In this document: one piece after another, positions 48,827 to 61,300 of the stretch
How the letters are laid out: every line of letters starts with the position of its first letter
Position numbering within the stretch: the stretch's first letter is position 1
Origin: Rebecca billardiae RCC1528
Taxonomy: Eukaryota; Protista; Haptophyta
Assembly (NCBI GenBank): GCA_965240325.2
Contig: OZ251229.1
Coordinates: 930,001-994,000 of the forward strand
Length of the DNA: 64,000 nucleotides
Direction: 5' to 3'
Translations under genes and position numbers: made by a program
Notes under the pieces: generated by a model
The model's input: the letters and a program-made list of their open reading frames with translations, nothing else
The model's database searches: none
Told to the model about the DNA's origin: nothing

Positions 48827-49250
48827 GCAAAGCTTGGCCACCAGCGCCTGGGCTTATTCGACCGCCATCGTGATGCAGCCACTTGCTCTGTACTAGTACA
48901 GTCTTACGATGACGATTCAGACTTTAAGATGATGAATCGTTGACTACGAATACTTGTAAATAATAAGCGCCTCCTTGATGATTGACGACGTTTGCTTCGC
49001 CGCTGAAAGCAATAATAAACGATTTAAAAGCGGCGAGCAGCTACTTGTACTTTGGAACTTCCGCGTCGTCGGTGGGGGGCGCGCCGCTTCCGTCCTACGG
49101 CGATCCATCGCGCGCGCGGCAACCGACAACCGGCTAGCGCGGGTGTCTTTCCGGGCTGAGCGCGGCGCACACCCCGAGGTAGGCGCACTACCTCTCGTGA
49201 ATGCACGCCTTGTTCCAAAGGTCCCTCGTCACCTTCCCATCGCCGACACC

Positions 49251-49904
49251 ATGGCAACATTTGTCGTTCTCGCGCTGAGCGCAAGCTGCGCGCTGACAGC
49301 GCCGGACCGAAGCTCGGCTATGGCGATATCGCGCCAAAGGCGTGCGGAGCAGGCATTCGTTCATGACCTCAGGGCAGCGCCACTCGCCGACACGCGTACG
49401 GCGGCGATCGCAGCTATCGGCCCCAGCACGTTTGCCGCACCCGCTGCGCTTCCGCAATTCTCTGTGGACACGACCATCAATGCTGATGGCTTTGGTCTGT
49501 GCCAGCTGTACTGGCTTCCCGCCGACGCCAGCCAGTCACAAAGACTCAACGTTGGCCGGCTCACCTTCGCGCTCCATACCCCGGACGAGGCCATCCTCGA
49601 GCTCGAGACCATTCTGCAGAAGACGGCAGCTGAGCTGAAGAATGTGGACATCAAGCCTGAGCTGCGCGGGTTTGGTGGCGGCGATGAGCTCGTCAAGCAC
49701 ATGCTCGACGCCTTGTGGGAGCACGGAGGCGTCGATTTTGTGGCTCTCCATCATCTGGATCGCGGCTCCGGCAAGCTCATCTCGTGGTACGAGGAAATCG
49801 GCTTTCTGTGCGCAAGCGAATTCCTCCCGGCGGACATGAGCCTCGCGCGGCAGCCAAGCGGGAAGGACCTCATGCTTGCCCCACTCGAGCTGCTGCATGT
49901 CTGA
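49251..49904 (+). CDS. GNAT-fold acetyltransferase-like protein with N-terminal signal peptide
   Basis: VDIKPELRGFGGGDELV (acetyl-CoA motif A) and KLISWYEEIGF. Confidence 0.7.
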   Translation: MATFVVLALSASCALTAPDRSSAMAISRQRRAEQAFVHDLRAAPLADTRTAAIAAIGPSTFAAPAALPQFSVDTTINADGFGLCQLYWLPADASQSQRLNVGRLTFALHTPDEAILELETILQKTAAELKNVDIKPELRGFGGGDELVKHMLDALWEHGGVDFVALHHLDRGSGKLISWYEEIGFLCASEFLPADMSLARQPSGKDLMLAPLELLHV

Positions 49905-51233
49905 GGCGATGTCATCGTTCATTGTGCAGCGCGCGACACAGATCGAAGCATGTCCGACGCTTGCAGCTGCTCCACGATTTCCGCGCTGCTAGTTTGCACA
50001 GGTGTGACTATGATGACCGGACGTGCGGCGCGACCGCCATCACACGTGACGCTCCCGAACTTCGCCATGTGCTGCCAGCGCCGAGCATCATGCATCGTAC
50101 CCGTGCAGCGCCGAGACTTCGCGGTCTCTGCGATCCATGGAGAGATTGTGACGTGGGGCGGCGGTAGCGACTCGCGCAGCACTTGGGCCGCCACTCGATG
50201 TCGTACGCGACTTGGCCGCGCTCATCGTCTGATCCCGCATCCGCAGAACCGGTCCGCCGGATTTTAAAGTACGTACTACGTACTCGGTACTACTACGTGG
50301 GGACCGTACCCATATGCGGGCCACTGGCACCGTCAGTAGGTACTGGCTACGGCGACTTCAATGGCAGTAGTCAGCTAGACGGCCGCCAGACTACAATAAC
50401 TAGTACAGGCAATCGCGGGCAATAAGAAGTCAGAGATCTCACGGCTAGCCTCGGTTTCTTAGCCGTTCGGTAGCCCGAGCGCCTACGGAGTCTCAGTTTC
50501 TTATAGCTAGGTCCGCCCGCCGCGCAGGCGCGGGGGGCGCAGGGGGGCAGAGCCCCCCGCTGAGTCTTTAGGCCCGGCCGGCGAGGCCGAAGAAAATTTT
50601 GGGCCTTTTTGGAGCAAATCTGGCATGATGTTGCATGGATGCTGCGGTGCACTGGCCAGGAGTCAGTCATCAGGAGAAGTCGGGACTTGGCCTGTACTCG
50701 TAGTCGGGCCGCGCGCCGCGTCCCCGACGGGCCGACTGCGCCTCGCCCTCGCGGCGGACCACTCGTCAGCCGGGACGACGTAGTCCCGGTTTCTTAGTGT
50801 GACTATGCGTATAGCGAACCAGCCAATCGCTATAGTCTCAGTTTCTAGGCCAGATCCGCAGATAGCATGCCCCAGTTTCTTAACGTGACAGCTCCTTATT
50901 GCCCGCGATTGCCTGTAGTAGATGTAGAGACGATGTGACAGTCGTCTGCTCACTTGTAGTTACTTGTAGCAGTCAGTAGTCATCAGGCGGTCAGCATGCA
51001 GCCTCACTTAATTGCAGCGTTACAGACTGTGATGACGACGACAGTCTATATCGTCACTTATCAGTAATACGTCCGGATCGAGTTGGGCAGGGCGCCCGGC
51101 CTACGATCACACTCAGTGTCACTCGTCACGGATCAGACGGGATCAGCATCACTGCTGCCTATCCTCACTTTGTACGTATCAGCAGAATCTTCGATCGTCG
51201 TCAGAATGATATGCGCTTTCCGAACTTACGGAA

Positions 51234-53255
51234 CTAGATGAGCCCACGCCTACCGGCTGTGCGCGCCGCCTCGAGCACGCCCTCTGAGAGCGGCAACGTG
51301 GCGTCCGTCGCACCGTCCACCTCGCTACCCGCCTTGGCCAGGTGCGCGAGGTGCGCGACGTACTCGTCCCACGTGCCGCTGAAGTAGGTGGTGCGCCCGT
51401 CCCCGTGCAGCAGCAGCAGGTGTGTCGCGACGCGATCGAGGAACCAGCGGTCGTGCGAGACGACGATCGCCGAGCCCTCAAAGGCGGCGAGCGCCTCCTC
51501 GAGCGAGCGCAGCGTGTCCACGTCGAGGTCGTTTGTCGGCTCGTCGAGCAGCAGCAGGTTGCAGCCCGACTTGAGCGCCTTGGCGAGGTGCACGCGGCCG
51601 CGCTCGCCGCCGCTCAGCATGTCCACGCGCTTCTCCTGCGCGGGGCCGCGCAGGTTGAACGAGGACACGTACGCGCGCGTGTTGATCCGCTGCTCGCCCG
51701 CGTCGATCACGTCGACGCCGGCGGCGATCTCCTCGTACACCGAGTTGGTCGGCGTGAGCCCGCCGCGCGACTGTGACACGTGCGCGAGCGCAACGGTCGC
51801 GCCCAGCCGCACCGCGCCGGCGTCCGGCGGCTCCGAGCCGTCAATCAGGCTGAGGAGGGTGCTCTTGCCGGTGCCGTTGGCGCCGATCACGCCGAGCACG
51901 TCGCCCGGCTCCATGCGGAGGCTGAGCCCGTCGAAGAGCACGCGCTCGCCGCGCGCCTTGCGCAGCCCGCTGATCTCGAGCACATTCGCGCCCAGCCGTG
52001 GGCCGGGCACAATCACAATCTCGCCGCTCTCGACCTTGCGCGAGATGCCGGCCGCTGCCGCGTCGTCGCGCACGCGCTCAAACGCGGCGATGCGCGCGCG
52101 CCCCTTGCGCTGCCCGCCGCGCGCGGACTTCTGGATCCACTCGAGCTCGCGCGCCATGTGCTTCGTCTGCGCGGCGGTCATGCGCGCGTGCATCTCCTCG
52201 CGCTCCGCCTTGGCGCGGAGCCACGCCGAGTAGTTGCCGTGAAACGGCAGCGCCGCGCCGCGCTCCACCTCGAGGATCCACTGCGCAATGTTGTCGAGGA
52301 AGTAACGGTCGTGCGTAACGGCGATGACCGTGCCCGCGTACACGGAGAGGAAGCCCTCGAGCCACGCGACAGACGACGCGTCCAGGTGGTTGGTCGGCTC
52401 GTCCTGCGGCGCGAAGCAGGGACGCGGCCGCGGGTTGCGTGCGCAGCTCAGGCGCACCGCGGGCGCGCCGAGGGCCGGCGCACGCGGGCGCGAGCGCGCG
52501 CGCGTGGCGGGCGGCGCACGCCACGCGGCGCGCACGAGGATGAGGACATCGGGCTCGGAGAGGAGCAGTCGGCACAGCGCGATGCGTCGGCGCTCGCCGC
52601 CCGAGCACTTGCTCACGTCCGCGCCGTCTGGCGGGCAGCGCAGGCTCCGCATCGCCGCGCGCACATCACGCACCACCTCCCAGCAGTCGTGCCCGTCAAT
52701 CTGCTCCTGCAGCGAGGCCTGCTCGTCGATGAGCGCGTCGATGTCGGCGTCCTCGGCGCCCATCTCGTCCGCAATCTCCTCGTACCGCTGCACCAGCTCG
52801 TACCGCTCGCGCACCGCTTCGAGCACGTTGCCCAGCGCGTCCTTGGCCGGGTCGAGCACAGGCTCCTGGTGCATGTACCCAACCGACTTCCCCGGCTTCA
52901 CCCACACCTCGCCCTCGATGCCGTCGTCCTCGCCGCAGATCGCCTTGAGGAGGGTGCTCTTGCCCGCGCCGTTCTGACCGAGCACGCCAATCTTCGCCCC
53001 GTGCAGGAAGCTCAGGTTTACATCGTCGAGGATGACGCGCCCGGGCACGCGCTTGCTCACGCCGCGCAGCGTGATCACGGGAGCAGCCCCCTTGCCCGCG
53101 GCGGCGGCAGCGGCCGGCCGGTCCTGCAAAGCAGACGACGCCTTTGTAGAGGCCCCACTAGCCTGTTTGCGCCCAGCCCGCTTGGCGAACGATCGAAGGA
53201 GCGTCCGCGCAAGCGCTCGAGGCGCGCCCGCACTGGCGGGCGTGAGCACCGCCAT
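51234..53255 (-). CDS. ettA: ABC-F ATPase, EttA-type, organelle-targeted; in-frame intron 52404-52535
   Basis: LSFLHGAKIGVLGQNGAGKS, SGGERRR, VTHDRYFLDN..WILE, ELEWI and PGPRLG..V motifs, second ABC domain; Arg/Ala/Ser-rich presequence. Confidence 0.88.
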   Translation of the reverse strand: MAVLTPASAGAPRALARTLLRSFAKRAGRKQASGASTKASSALQDRPAAAAAAGKGAAPVITLRGVSKRVPGRVILDDVNLSFLHGAKIGVLGQNGAGKSTLLKAICGEDDGIEGEVWVKPGKSVGYMHQEPVLDPAKDALGNVLEAVRERYELVQRYEEIADEMGAEDADIDALIDEQASLQEQIDGHDCWEVVRDVRAAMRSLRCPPDGADVSKCSGGERRRIALCRLLLSEPDVLILVRAAWRAPPATRARSRPRAPALGAPAVRLSCARNPRPRPCFAPQDEPTNHLDASSVAWLEGFLSVYAGTVIAVTHDRYFLDNIAQWILEVERGAALPFHGNYSAWLRAKAEREEMHARMTAAQTKHMARELEWIQKSARGGQRKGRARIAAFERVRDDAAAAGISRKVESGEIVIVPGPRLGANVLEISGLRKARGERVLFDGLSLRMEPGDVLGVIGANGTGKSTLLSLIDGSEPPDAGAVRLGATVALAHVSQSRGGLTPTNSVYEEIAAGVDVIDAGEQRINTRAYVSSFNLRGPAQEKRVDMLSGGERGRVHLAKALKSGCNLLLLDEPTNDLDVDTLRSLEEALAAFEGSAIVVSHDRWFLDRVATHLLLLHGDGRTTYFSGTWDEYVAHLAHLAKAGSEVDGATDATLPLSEGVLEAARTAGRRGLI

Positions 53256-53363
53256 CGATCTCGAGAAGGAATCCCACGGCCACGCGCGCGGTCCAGCGCC
53301 GTCCGTGGGAGTCGCTCTTCGACGGGTCCGGTTTAGCTCGGCCAAAGTGAAGTGAAGGCCAGC

Positions 53364-53987
53364 ATGGCCGACGTGCCGGCCCCACCGACCATCATCGAGT
53401 GCAAGCTGGTGCTCCTGGGAAACGCCAACGCGGGCAAGACGTCGCTCGTCACCCGGCTGGTCCGCAACCGCTTCAAGGCTGAGCAGGTCGCCACCGTTGG
53501 CGCAGCGTTCACGCAGCATCAGGTGCCCATGGAGGGGTCAAACGAGGTGATCCAATTTGGCATTTGGGACACTGCAGGCTCGGAGCGCTATCGATCCCTC
53601 GCGCCCATGTACTACCGCGGCGCGCAGGCGGCTGTGATCGTGTACGACATCACGTCGCGCGAGTCCTTCGAGGGCGCGCACACCTGGCTCGCCGAGCTGC
53701 GATCCAAAGGGCAGCCAAATGTCGTCATTGCGCTCGCTGGGAACAAGGCGGACCTCACCGAGCGGCGCGCCGTGTCTCTGAACGAGGGCCAGATGTACGC
53801 GCGTCAGAACGGTATGACCTTTTTCGAGACGTCCGCAAAGACGACTCAGAACGTCGCGCGCATGTTCGTCGAGCTGGCCCACCGCATGCCCAGGAGCATC
53901 ACTGAAGGGCTTGGCGTGCCGCACGACACTGTCATCTTGGAAGGCGACCCCGCTGACAAGAGAACACGCGGCAGGTGCTGCAGCTGA
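53364..53987 (+). CDS. Rab5-related small GTPase with Gln-to-Ser change in the G3 motif
   Basis: GNANAGKTS, TVGAAF, WDTAGSERYRSLAPMYYRGAQAA, NKAD, ETSAK and C-terminal CCS. Confidence 0.92.
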   Translation: MADVPAPPTIIECKLVLLGNANAGKTSLVTRLVRNRFKAEQVATVGAAFTQHQVPMEGSNEVIQFGIWDTAGSERYRSLAPMYYRGAQAAVIVYDITSRESFEGAHTWLAELRSKGQPNVVIALAGNKADLTERRAVSLNEGQMYARQNGMTFFETSAKTTQNVARMFVELAHRMPRSITEGLGVPHDTVILEGDPADKRTRGRCCS

Positions 53988-56355
53988 CGCGGCGGTGTGC
54001 CCGCGCGCCGCGCACAGCCCAAGGGTTGGGCCTGGTGTCGGCAGCGTGCGAGGTGGTCAGGCGGCGACCCCTACCGCCGGTAGCCGCGGTTTCTCCGTGG
54101 TGATCAATGGCAGCAGCTCGGGCCTCGTTGTCGTTGAAGTGAGTGAGGATCTGCCAGCGGCACAGCGCTCAACGCGCCGCGCAGAGACAAACGTTAGCGC
54201 GCCGGTGGCGCCGTCGTCAGGCAATGGTCATCAAGGCCGACGACGCTGCCGGTGGACTGCCTTGGGCGGCGACAGCGCGGCAGTCACGCGCGTGGTTGCC
54301 ACGACTGACCTGCCGGTCAGCTCCGGGGCCGCGGGCGATGCCGATAACGCCGGCGCCGGGTCCCAAGGCCGCCGCTGCTACAGTCTGCTAGCCACGCTGC
54401 CGCACGTGACGCGGCACGTCCGACCTCTGAACTACGAGTGAGTACTACGACTAAGCTACGACAGCGGCCAGCAGCTGAATAGTATAATAATGACCGCGTT
54501 CCGCGGTCCTTCCGTAGAACCAACGTAGTTAGGGGCCCGCGGTGCACCCTCCGTCGGCTGCTGTCTCAGTCTGGTCAACATGGCGGGCCGATGAGGACTG
54601 TCGCCGCGGGCCCGCGCGAAGAAGTACGGACGGCGGCCGGGGCAGCGGCGCGCGCGCGCAGGGCGAGCCTGCCTTGAGGTGCTCGCGCTGCGCCACGCGC
54701 TCGACGACGGGCCGCTGGTCGCTCAGCCGGCGCGCCTCGTGCCGGCAGAGCGAGAGCGCGCACCACTCTGCTGGCCCCACCCCCAGCGGCCCCAGCCTGC
54801 GCTCACGGCGCTGCGCAGCCGCGCACCGAGAGGCGAGACCGAGCGGAGCTCGGGGTGGAACGAGGCGAGCGGCGGGTCGCGCCTGCCGCCGCGCGTGCGC
54901 GCCTGCTCCACCGCGCCACCGTGCTCGCCCGCCGCCTCCTCCGCCGCGTCGGCCTCGAAGCCACGGCGGCGGCCAGCCAGCCTCCGACCGAGGCGGAGCC
55001 CGTGCGTGCTCACTCACCCGGCGCGGTGGCGCCCTCGAGTCGACGGCCGTCTACTCCACAGCTGGCTGCTCGAGCTGCTGCACGGGGCGTCGCGACGAGG
55101 GCGCCGCGCGCGCCCAGCGCGTCCGTCGCCGCGTCGCGCAGCGCGTCGAGCTCGGCGCCGCGCTTCGCCAGCTCGGCGCCCAGCGCCTCCGTGCGCACTC
55201 GTGCTCATTCGATTGTCGTCATCGCGCTCGTCGGCTCCGTGGCGAGCCCGCGGGGCGGACGAGCGGACTACTGCGCGCCGCAGCAGGAGCAGCGCGCGGC
55301 GCGCAGCGCTCCGCGCGCAGCAGGGCCGTCTCCTCATCCACCGAGTGCACGGCCTGCGCGGCGGCGACGGCGGCGCGCGCCGCCGCGGGGGGACGCAAGC
55401 GCTGCGGGCCGAGATGAGTCCGGCCGCCGAGCCGCGGTGGCGGCGTCGGCGTGCGCGCCGGGCGAGGTGGGCGAGCTCACGCGGCCCGGGCTCAGCACGC
55501 CCGTGCACAGCGCCGGCCGCGGTGGCGAGCGCGCACCGCTCGGCCGCGGTGGCAACCGGCTGAGCGGTTGATGTTTGATTGTTTGAAGCCGCGAGGTCAG
55601 CGACGTCTCCGATGACTCGGCCATGATTGTGGTCCTCCTTCGCCCACGGGTACTTTGTCGACCATCCTCGGGACGGCTGCTTGCTTGCACCCCCTGGTGC
55701 GCCGCATGGTGGCCCACCACGAGCGGGGGTGCGGAGTTTGTCGAAATGTGAAGTGCTGACCTCGTTCAGACTGCCGCCGGGGCCACCTATCTGGCCGAGC
55801 GGCTGCGCACGAGCTCCCGGCGGCCCGCGTGGCCCCGAGTGGACCGCCGCGCGCGCCCGTCGGCGCCTAGCCGGCACCGACGACCATGGCGCAGCTTCGA
55901 CCAACGCGCCCCGCCATCGCGAGCCCACCCACGCCTCGCGCACATGCATGCACATGGGCCCGCGCAGAACCTCGCAGTGCCGCCCGGGTGTGACGTCGTT
56001 CCCGCAGCACGACCACAAGGTCGCCGGACGGCTCCGGCGCGCGCGCGCGCACGTACATGACCGGCCCCGCACGTCGAAGCCGTTCGAGCGCCCAGCTGGG
56101 CCCAATCTCCGCCGTGGACGCCTCGCGTCGAGCTGCGCGACGCCCGCCCACCGCGCGCGCACGGACACAGCTCGCGAGCGCGAGAAGCGGCGGAGCGAGG
56201 CCGTCGGCGAGCGGTTCGGAAGGCCCACGTGCATGGTCTGCCCGCCCGACGTGCGCCCCGTGCCGCTCGAGCCCCCGCCGGCTCGCACGGGCCTCCGAGC
56301 CTCGAGCGAGCGCGACGCCGGGGCTGTTTCTTCGCCATCTTGCCTCCCGCCGTCT

Positions 56356-57409
56356 GAGGCCGCTCGAGCGACTTCGTGTCAGGCGAGGCAGATCGCGCCA
56401 GTGCGAGGCGAGGCAGACGCTCGCCTGCCTCGCCCAGCAGGCGAGGCAGCTAAGCTAGTAAAGCCGCGGCCGAACTTTACGAAAGCCAAATGTCTGCCGG
56501 TGCGCCGCCCGTCTTTGCGCACGGTGACAAGGGCGCGCGAGGGCGCTTCCTCACGATCCCGAAGAGCGCTGCGCGCGGCGTCGCGTTGGCGGCGGCAGCG
56601 GCGCTGGGGTGTATCTTGCCCATTCTGCTTGGCGGTGCGCGCTCATGACGCCTCGGCCGCCGCCACGCCATGCGCGACCGGGCGTGTCGCCTTCTTGACG
56701 GGCAGTGCACACGCCCTTGCAAGCGCACAGCCGTGAAGAGCCGAGAGCGTCCGTCGCGCGCACGCCGCCCACGCGGGATGAGGTTTCAGGACTATTCGTA
56801 TGACACTGAGCGATCGCGCTCTGGCATGTGCGAGCCATGATGACCATGGGTAGCAACTACGATGACCACTGCTCACCTGCATTTCAGCCGATGACATCCT
56901 CTCGTTCAGCGATCTTGACTGCTCTGAACGCATGGCGAACTCGGCGGAGCGCATGGGCAAGGTGGCTTCGTTGATAACACAAAGCATCCCGCTTGGGCGG
57001 CGTGCGCGCGACGGACGCTCTCGGCTCTTCACGGCTGTGCGCTTGCAAGGGCGTGTGCACTGCCCGTCAAGAAGGCGACACGCCCGGTCGCGCATGGCGT
57101 GGCGGCGGCCGAGGCGTCATGAGCGCGCACCGCCAAGCAGAATGGGCAAGATACACCCCAGCGCCGCTGCCGCCGCCAACGCGACGCCGCGCGCAGCGCT
57201 CTTCGGGATCGTGAGGAAGCGCCCTCGCGCGCCCTTGTCACCGTGCGCAAAGACGGGCGGCGCACCGGCAGACATTTGGCTTTCGTAAAGTTCGGCCGCG
57301 GCTTTACTAGCTTAGCTGCCTCGCCTGCTGGGCGAGGCAGGCGAGCGTCTGCCTCGCCTCGCACTGGCGCGATCTGCCTCGCCTGACACGAAGTCGCTCG
57401 AGTGGCCTC
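56356..57409. repeat. Foldback inverted repeat (~420-bp near-perfect arms, ~205-bp spacer)
   Basis: 56356-56780 is the reverse complement of ~56985-57409; mirrored ORFs appear in the track. Confidence 0.92.
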
Positions 57410-57445
57410 CGTCTGTTCCGGAGGTGCCACCTTAAGGCGTGATTA

Positions 57446-57545
57446 CAGTTTACTAAGAATAAGAGACGCACACAGCTCAGGCAGGCGAGATTGACGCCCG
57501 CCAACTGTCACCGCCCATGAAGCCGTCGCCGATGGTAGCGCCGCC
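57446..57545 (+). repeat. Copy of the TA|CAGTTTACTAAG repeat
   Basis: Near-identical to 30617-30716. Confidence 0.8.
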
Positions 57546-58057
57546 TTACTACGGGTTTTTTCAATATGACCCCCGCGTGCGCAAAATAATGCAAACCGGC
57601 AAACAGCGCGCTCGGTACGCCGACATGCAGTTTGAAACAGTCGTAGTATATGACCCATGCACATGCACTTTGTCAAAACAATACGGCCCTTGGACCGGCG
57701 ACCAAGTTTTCAATAGCGTCGATGACACGATGACTAAACTTTACTGACAAAGTGACGGCCAGCGGCCTTCGATCTTTCTTATTACTCACGTCCGGGCGCG
57801 CCTATTTCGTCAACCGCATCTTGCGATAGAGAGCTATCTACCCCTCGAAAAAGCGAAAACTCACCCTCCAACAACCGTAAAAATCGTCCCCCGTCCCCTT
57901 TTCTTTGATCAAAAGATCTTTTTGACAACGTAGTGAGGGCCCCCGGCGGGGCTCCACGCTACGCGCTCCGCCCTGCACCGCGGGCCATAACCTCAAACCT
58001 GGGTTCCTGATGGCCGAAGTCCCGTACGCGGTACTCGCGCTACCGGTTACCCGTGGT

Positions 58058-58163
58058 AAATATGGCGCGGAGAAGTAGATTACATATACTAGAAATACCT
58101 AATAATATATAAATATGGCGCGGAGAAGTAGATTACATATACTAGAAATACCTAATAATATAT
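58058..58163. repeat. 53-bp tandem duplication
   Basis: AAATATGGCGCGGAGAAG...TAATATAT occurs twice. Confidence 0.9.
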
Positions 58164-58381
58164 AATGACGTTACCATTATATAAATTACTCATCATTCGG
58201 CATATACGACATGTCAGTGACTGACTACGCGCCGCGGCCGCTGCACGACGGGTCAGTACGCGGCACGTCAGCAGACCTGAGACCGCGACCGCCTGTAGAG
58301 TCTTCTACTGAGTACTGTAGTACTGTAGCAGTAGTCGTAGAGTGTAGTAAGTAGTTAGCTGTAATACGCGGTGTATTCAGA

Positions 58382-61300
58382 TGTCAAAGGAATCGCCAAT
58401 CTACAGTGATTTCCAATTTCCAATCCAACATTTTACTCGCAGTCACACAGTGGCGGCGCGACCGCTGCGGCGGCGCTCGCACAAAAGCCTCCAAAATCAA
58501 CCTGAACCTCATCCTAAAATACAGCAGGACAGCATGGCTGGCGGCGGCATCTGGAAGCATTCTAGATGCTTCCGAAACTCGTGAACGAAACATGAGCCGA
58601 TCACACAAAACACGCTGAGCTCACCACCGCAAACAAGAGCCGAAGCTCGTCGACCGCGACTCGACCGTCAAGCTCAAGACGCGTTCCCTGACATGCTAGC
58701 ACGGTGCTGGGAGAACTTGGGCAAGGATGGAGACGATGAGAATAGCGGCAAGGACGTGAACGGCCATCAGCCCGCCCCAGTTGCTCCCCTCATTGGGTTG
58801 AAGCCAGGCGTGGCCGAGCGCGCGGCAATGCCGCGCGGCTCATCGGCGGTTGCGCGCAAGCGCACGCCAGACTACCTCGCCGCTGCCCTGAGGGGCATGC
58901 AGGCTGAGAAGAACCGGCAAGGCGAGAAGCTCACGCTTCTCCGCAAGCCCATCTCCAGCGCCTCCGGGCCTGGCAACATCGCTGACCTGAACTCAGGCAG
59001 CATCGTGTCGTATGCGCGCAATGCTGCATCGCACGCAAGGCCTCGAGCCGACATCAAGGATCACCTTGAGGAGGAGGTTCGCGCACAGCGCGGTGAGGAG
59101 GAGCGTTGCCGCTCGCATCCCCCGCCATCGCGCCACTCCATCCGCACGCACGTCGTTGCGCAGGGGATCTCAACAACTACCGCCCGGGACTCTTCGCCCG
59201 CGAGCGCGGTTCAAGAGCGCGCGGCTGAGAGCCCGCAGCTCAAGGAGTGCCTTGCGGCCTCCGAGTCATCGAACGAGGTCACCGAGCGTTCCGGGCAGAT
59301 GTAGCGCTCGACGCTGCTGCCGCTGATGCCGCTCCGACCGTCGAGGCCCTCGAGCCTGCCGACGCTGCTCGGCGTGCTGGCCTTCTGGCCGCCGCCAATG
59401 ACAGCGCGGTCGTGACCGCAGTCAGTCTGCAGCCTCGCGCGCATGACACTGTGTCTGAGTCTGACCGATCGAACGATGACATTAGCACCGATGAGTGCGA
59501 CTCAAACGACCTGTATGGTCTGGCAGAGCAAACTATGCTCCAAGATGCTACGACGCGTGACTCAGTCACCGCGAGCACCAGCCCCAATATTCATTGCCAG
59601 GGCCGAACCAAACCCATCGTATTTTTGAAGATGACCAACAAATACCTTTACCCCAAAATTCACGGGGCCCTCGCAGGCCTCACGATGGCTTCCGAAGCCG
59701 AGCTGCTCGCCACGAGCGACACAAGCAGCCGCGAGATGACCGCCGCAGAGACGGCAGAGTCCTCGTCTGGCACGTATCGACTCGCGTCGAACGTAGGAAG
59801 CGCATACGATGCAGGGGGGGCATCATACACCTGCTTGACGGCAAAGCCGCAGCAAAACCAAGTTGGCGAGCGCAACGCGCATGCGCATGCATCAGCTGCG
59901 TCAGCCATCACAACGCCACACTCTTGCAAGGAAGAGTATTCCGCCGAAGCTGCCGCGGATGCACATGCATCACCGCAGGACAGAACGAGCGTGAAGAAGC
60001 CCAAAGAAGGCACCACAGCCTCGACGAGGGTCACTCCTCGCTCGAAGGTAGAGCGCGAATCGCCACAGAGCGCGCGCGACACATCGACCAATGCACTTGA
60101 GTCGAAGAAACGTGACTGGATAGTCATCGAAGGAGGAGTCACAGACTCTAATCCAACCAAGAAGGAACGTGTGTTCATGGCACGCGAATCCTCGGCAGGA
60201 GTGGATACACCCGCCACACACAAGCTGACACAGTCGGCTCTGAAATCCAAGCGCGCGGTACACAGCGCGATACGGGATGCACTCGCAGAAGTGAGCACCT
60301 ACTACAAGGGCAAATCCTCAGATGTCACACCTGACATAATGGATCCCAAGGATAGCAAGCTATCCGGCTTTCAACTCATTGCCAAAGACAAATGGGTGAA
60401 AGACGCAGCCAAAATCGATCCATACAAGGCTGACAACGCTGACGCCAACAAGATCGGATCGGTCTACGATCGATCTGCGGCAGCGATATTCAAGCAGCTG
60501 AAGGACTCTATCGAGCCTCAGTTATTCGCCTATCTGGAATCGAAGCTGCACATCAGCGATCCGACCAAGAATTACTTGGATCTGGCGCTGCTGCTACAGA
60601 TATTCGAGCGCGAGCTCAAGATCACAACTATGTCCGAACTCAGGGATGAATTCCTGAAGTTATACCCGACAAAGGTGTCGCCCATTGGCGCATCGGACAT
60701 TATCAAGAAATCCGTCGAGCAAGTCCGCTCATCTCGATATGGGAATCTGGACGATGCTACGATGTTGGTCTTCAAGCTGTATAACAGCATGCACGACCAT
60801 CCCCAAGTCTACGAGTCAGTTATCTCGCACTTCGGTGCGCTCACGCCCGAGCAATGTGTGGATAACACTGACCAGATAATGGCCCAGATGGAAGATGCCT
60901 ACAAACGGCACGGCTCAATGAAGCTACTCCATCAGAACAATACCAAGGGGAGAGAGACCGAAAATTATTCCAAGATACGCCAAAATGCTGATTATCAGCA
61001 AGGCACGCGGCGACGCGGTGACTTTGAGGGCGCCGAAGTCTTCGCCGCTCAGGCCCAAAAGGCTCCAGCCAATGGCGAGAGCGGGCCGAATATCTCGGAC
61101 ACCGGCAAACGGTGCACTCACTGTGGTCTCAAGAACCATACTGCCCAGCAGTGTTGGAATCTCCACCCAGAGCTACGCCCCAAGGCCAACAATTACAACA
61201 AAGGCAAAAACAAGGGAGCCAACAAATTTCCCAAGGAGCGTATCCATTTCCTGGATATTCCTGCTCCGGATGCCTATGATTAAATATCAAGGCAGGGCAT

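Larger units (their letters stand above)
54491..57987 (-). mobile_element. Non-autonomous Helitron2/Helentron-like element, copy 3
   Basis: Same hairpin/ATIR end at 54491-54560 and the same 5' end at 57840-57987 as copy 2; unrelated interior. Confidence 0.75.

Noticed and set aside
50505-50620. GGGGGGCAGAGCCCCCC hairpin plus AAAATTTT, resembling a DNA-transposon end
   Set aside because: Single occurrence, with no partner end or TSD found in the window.
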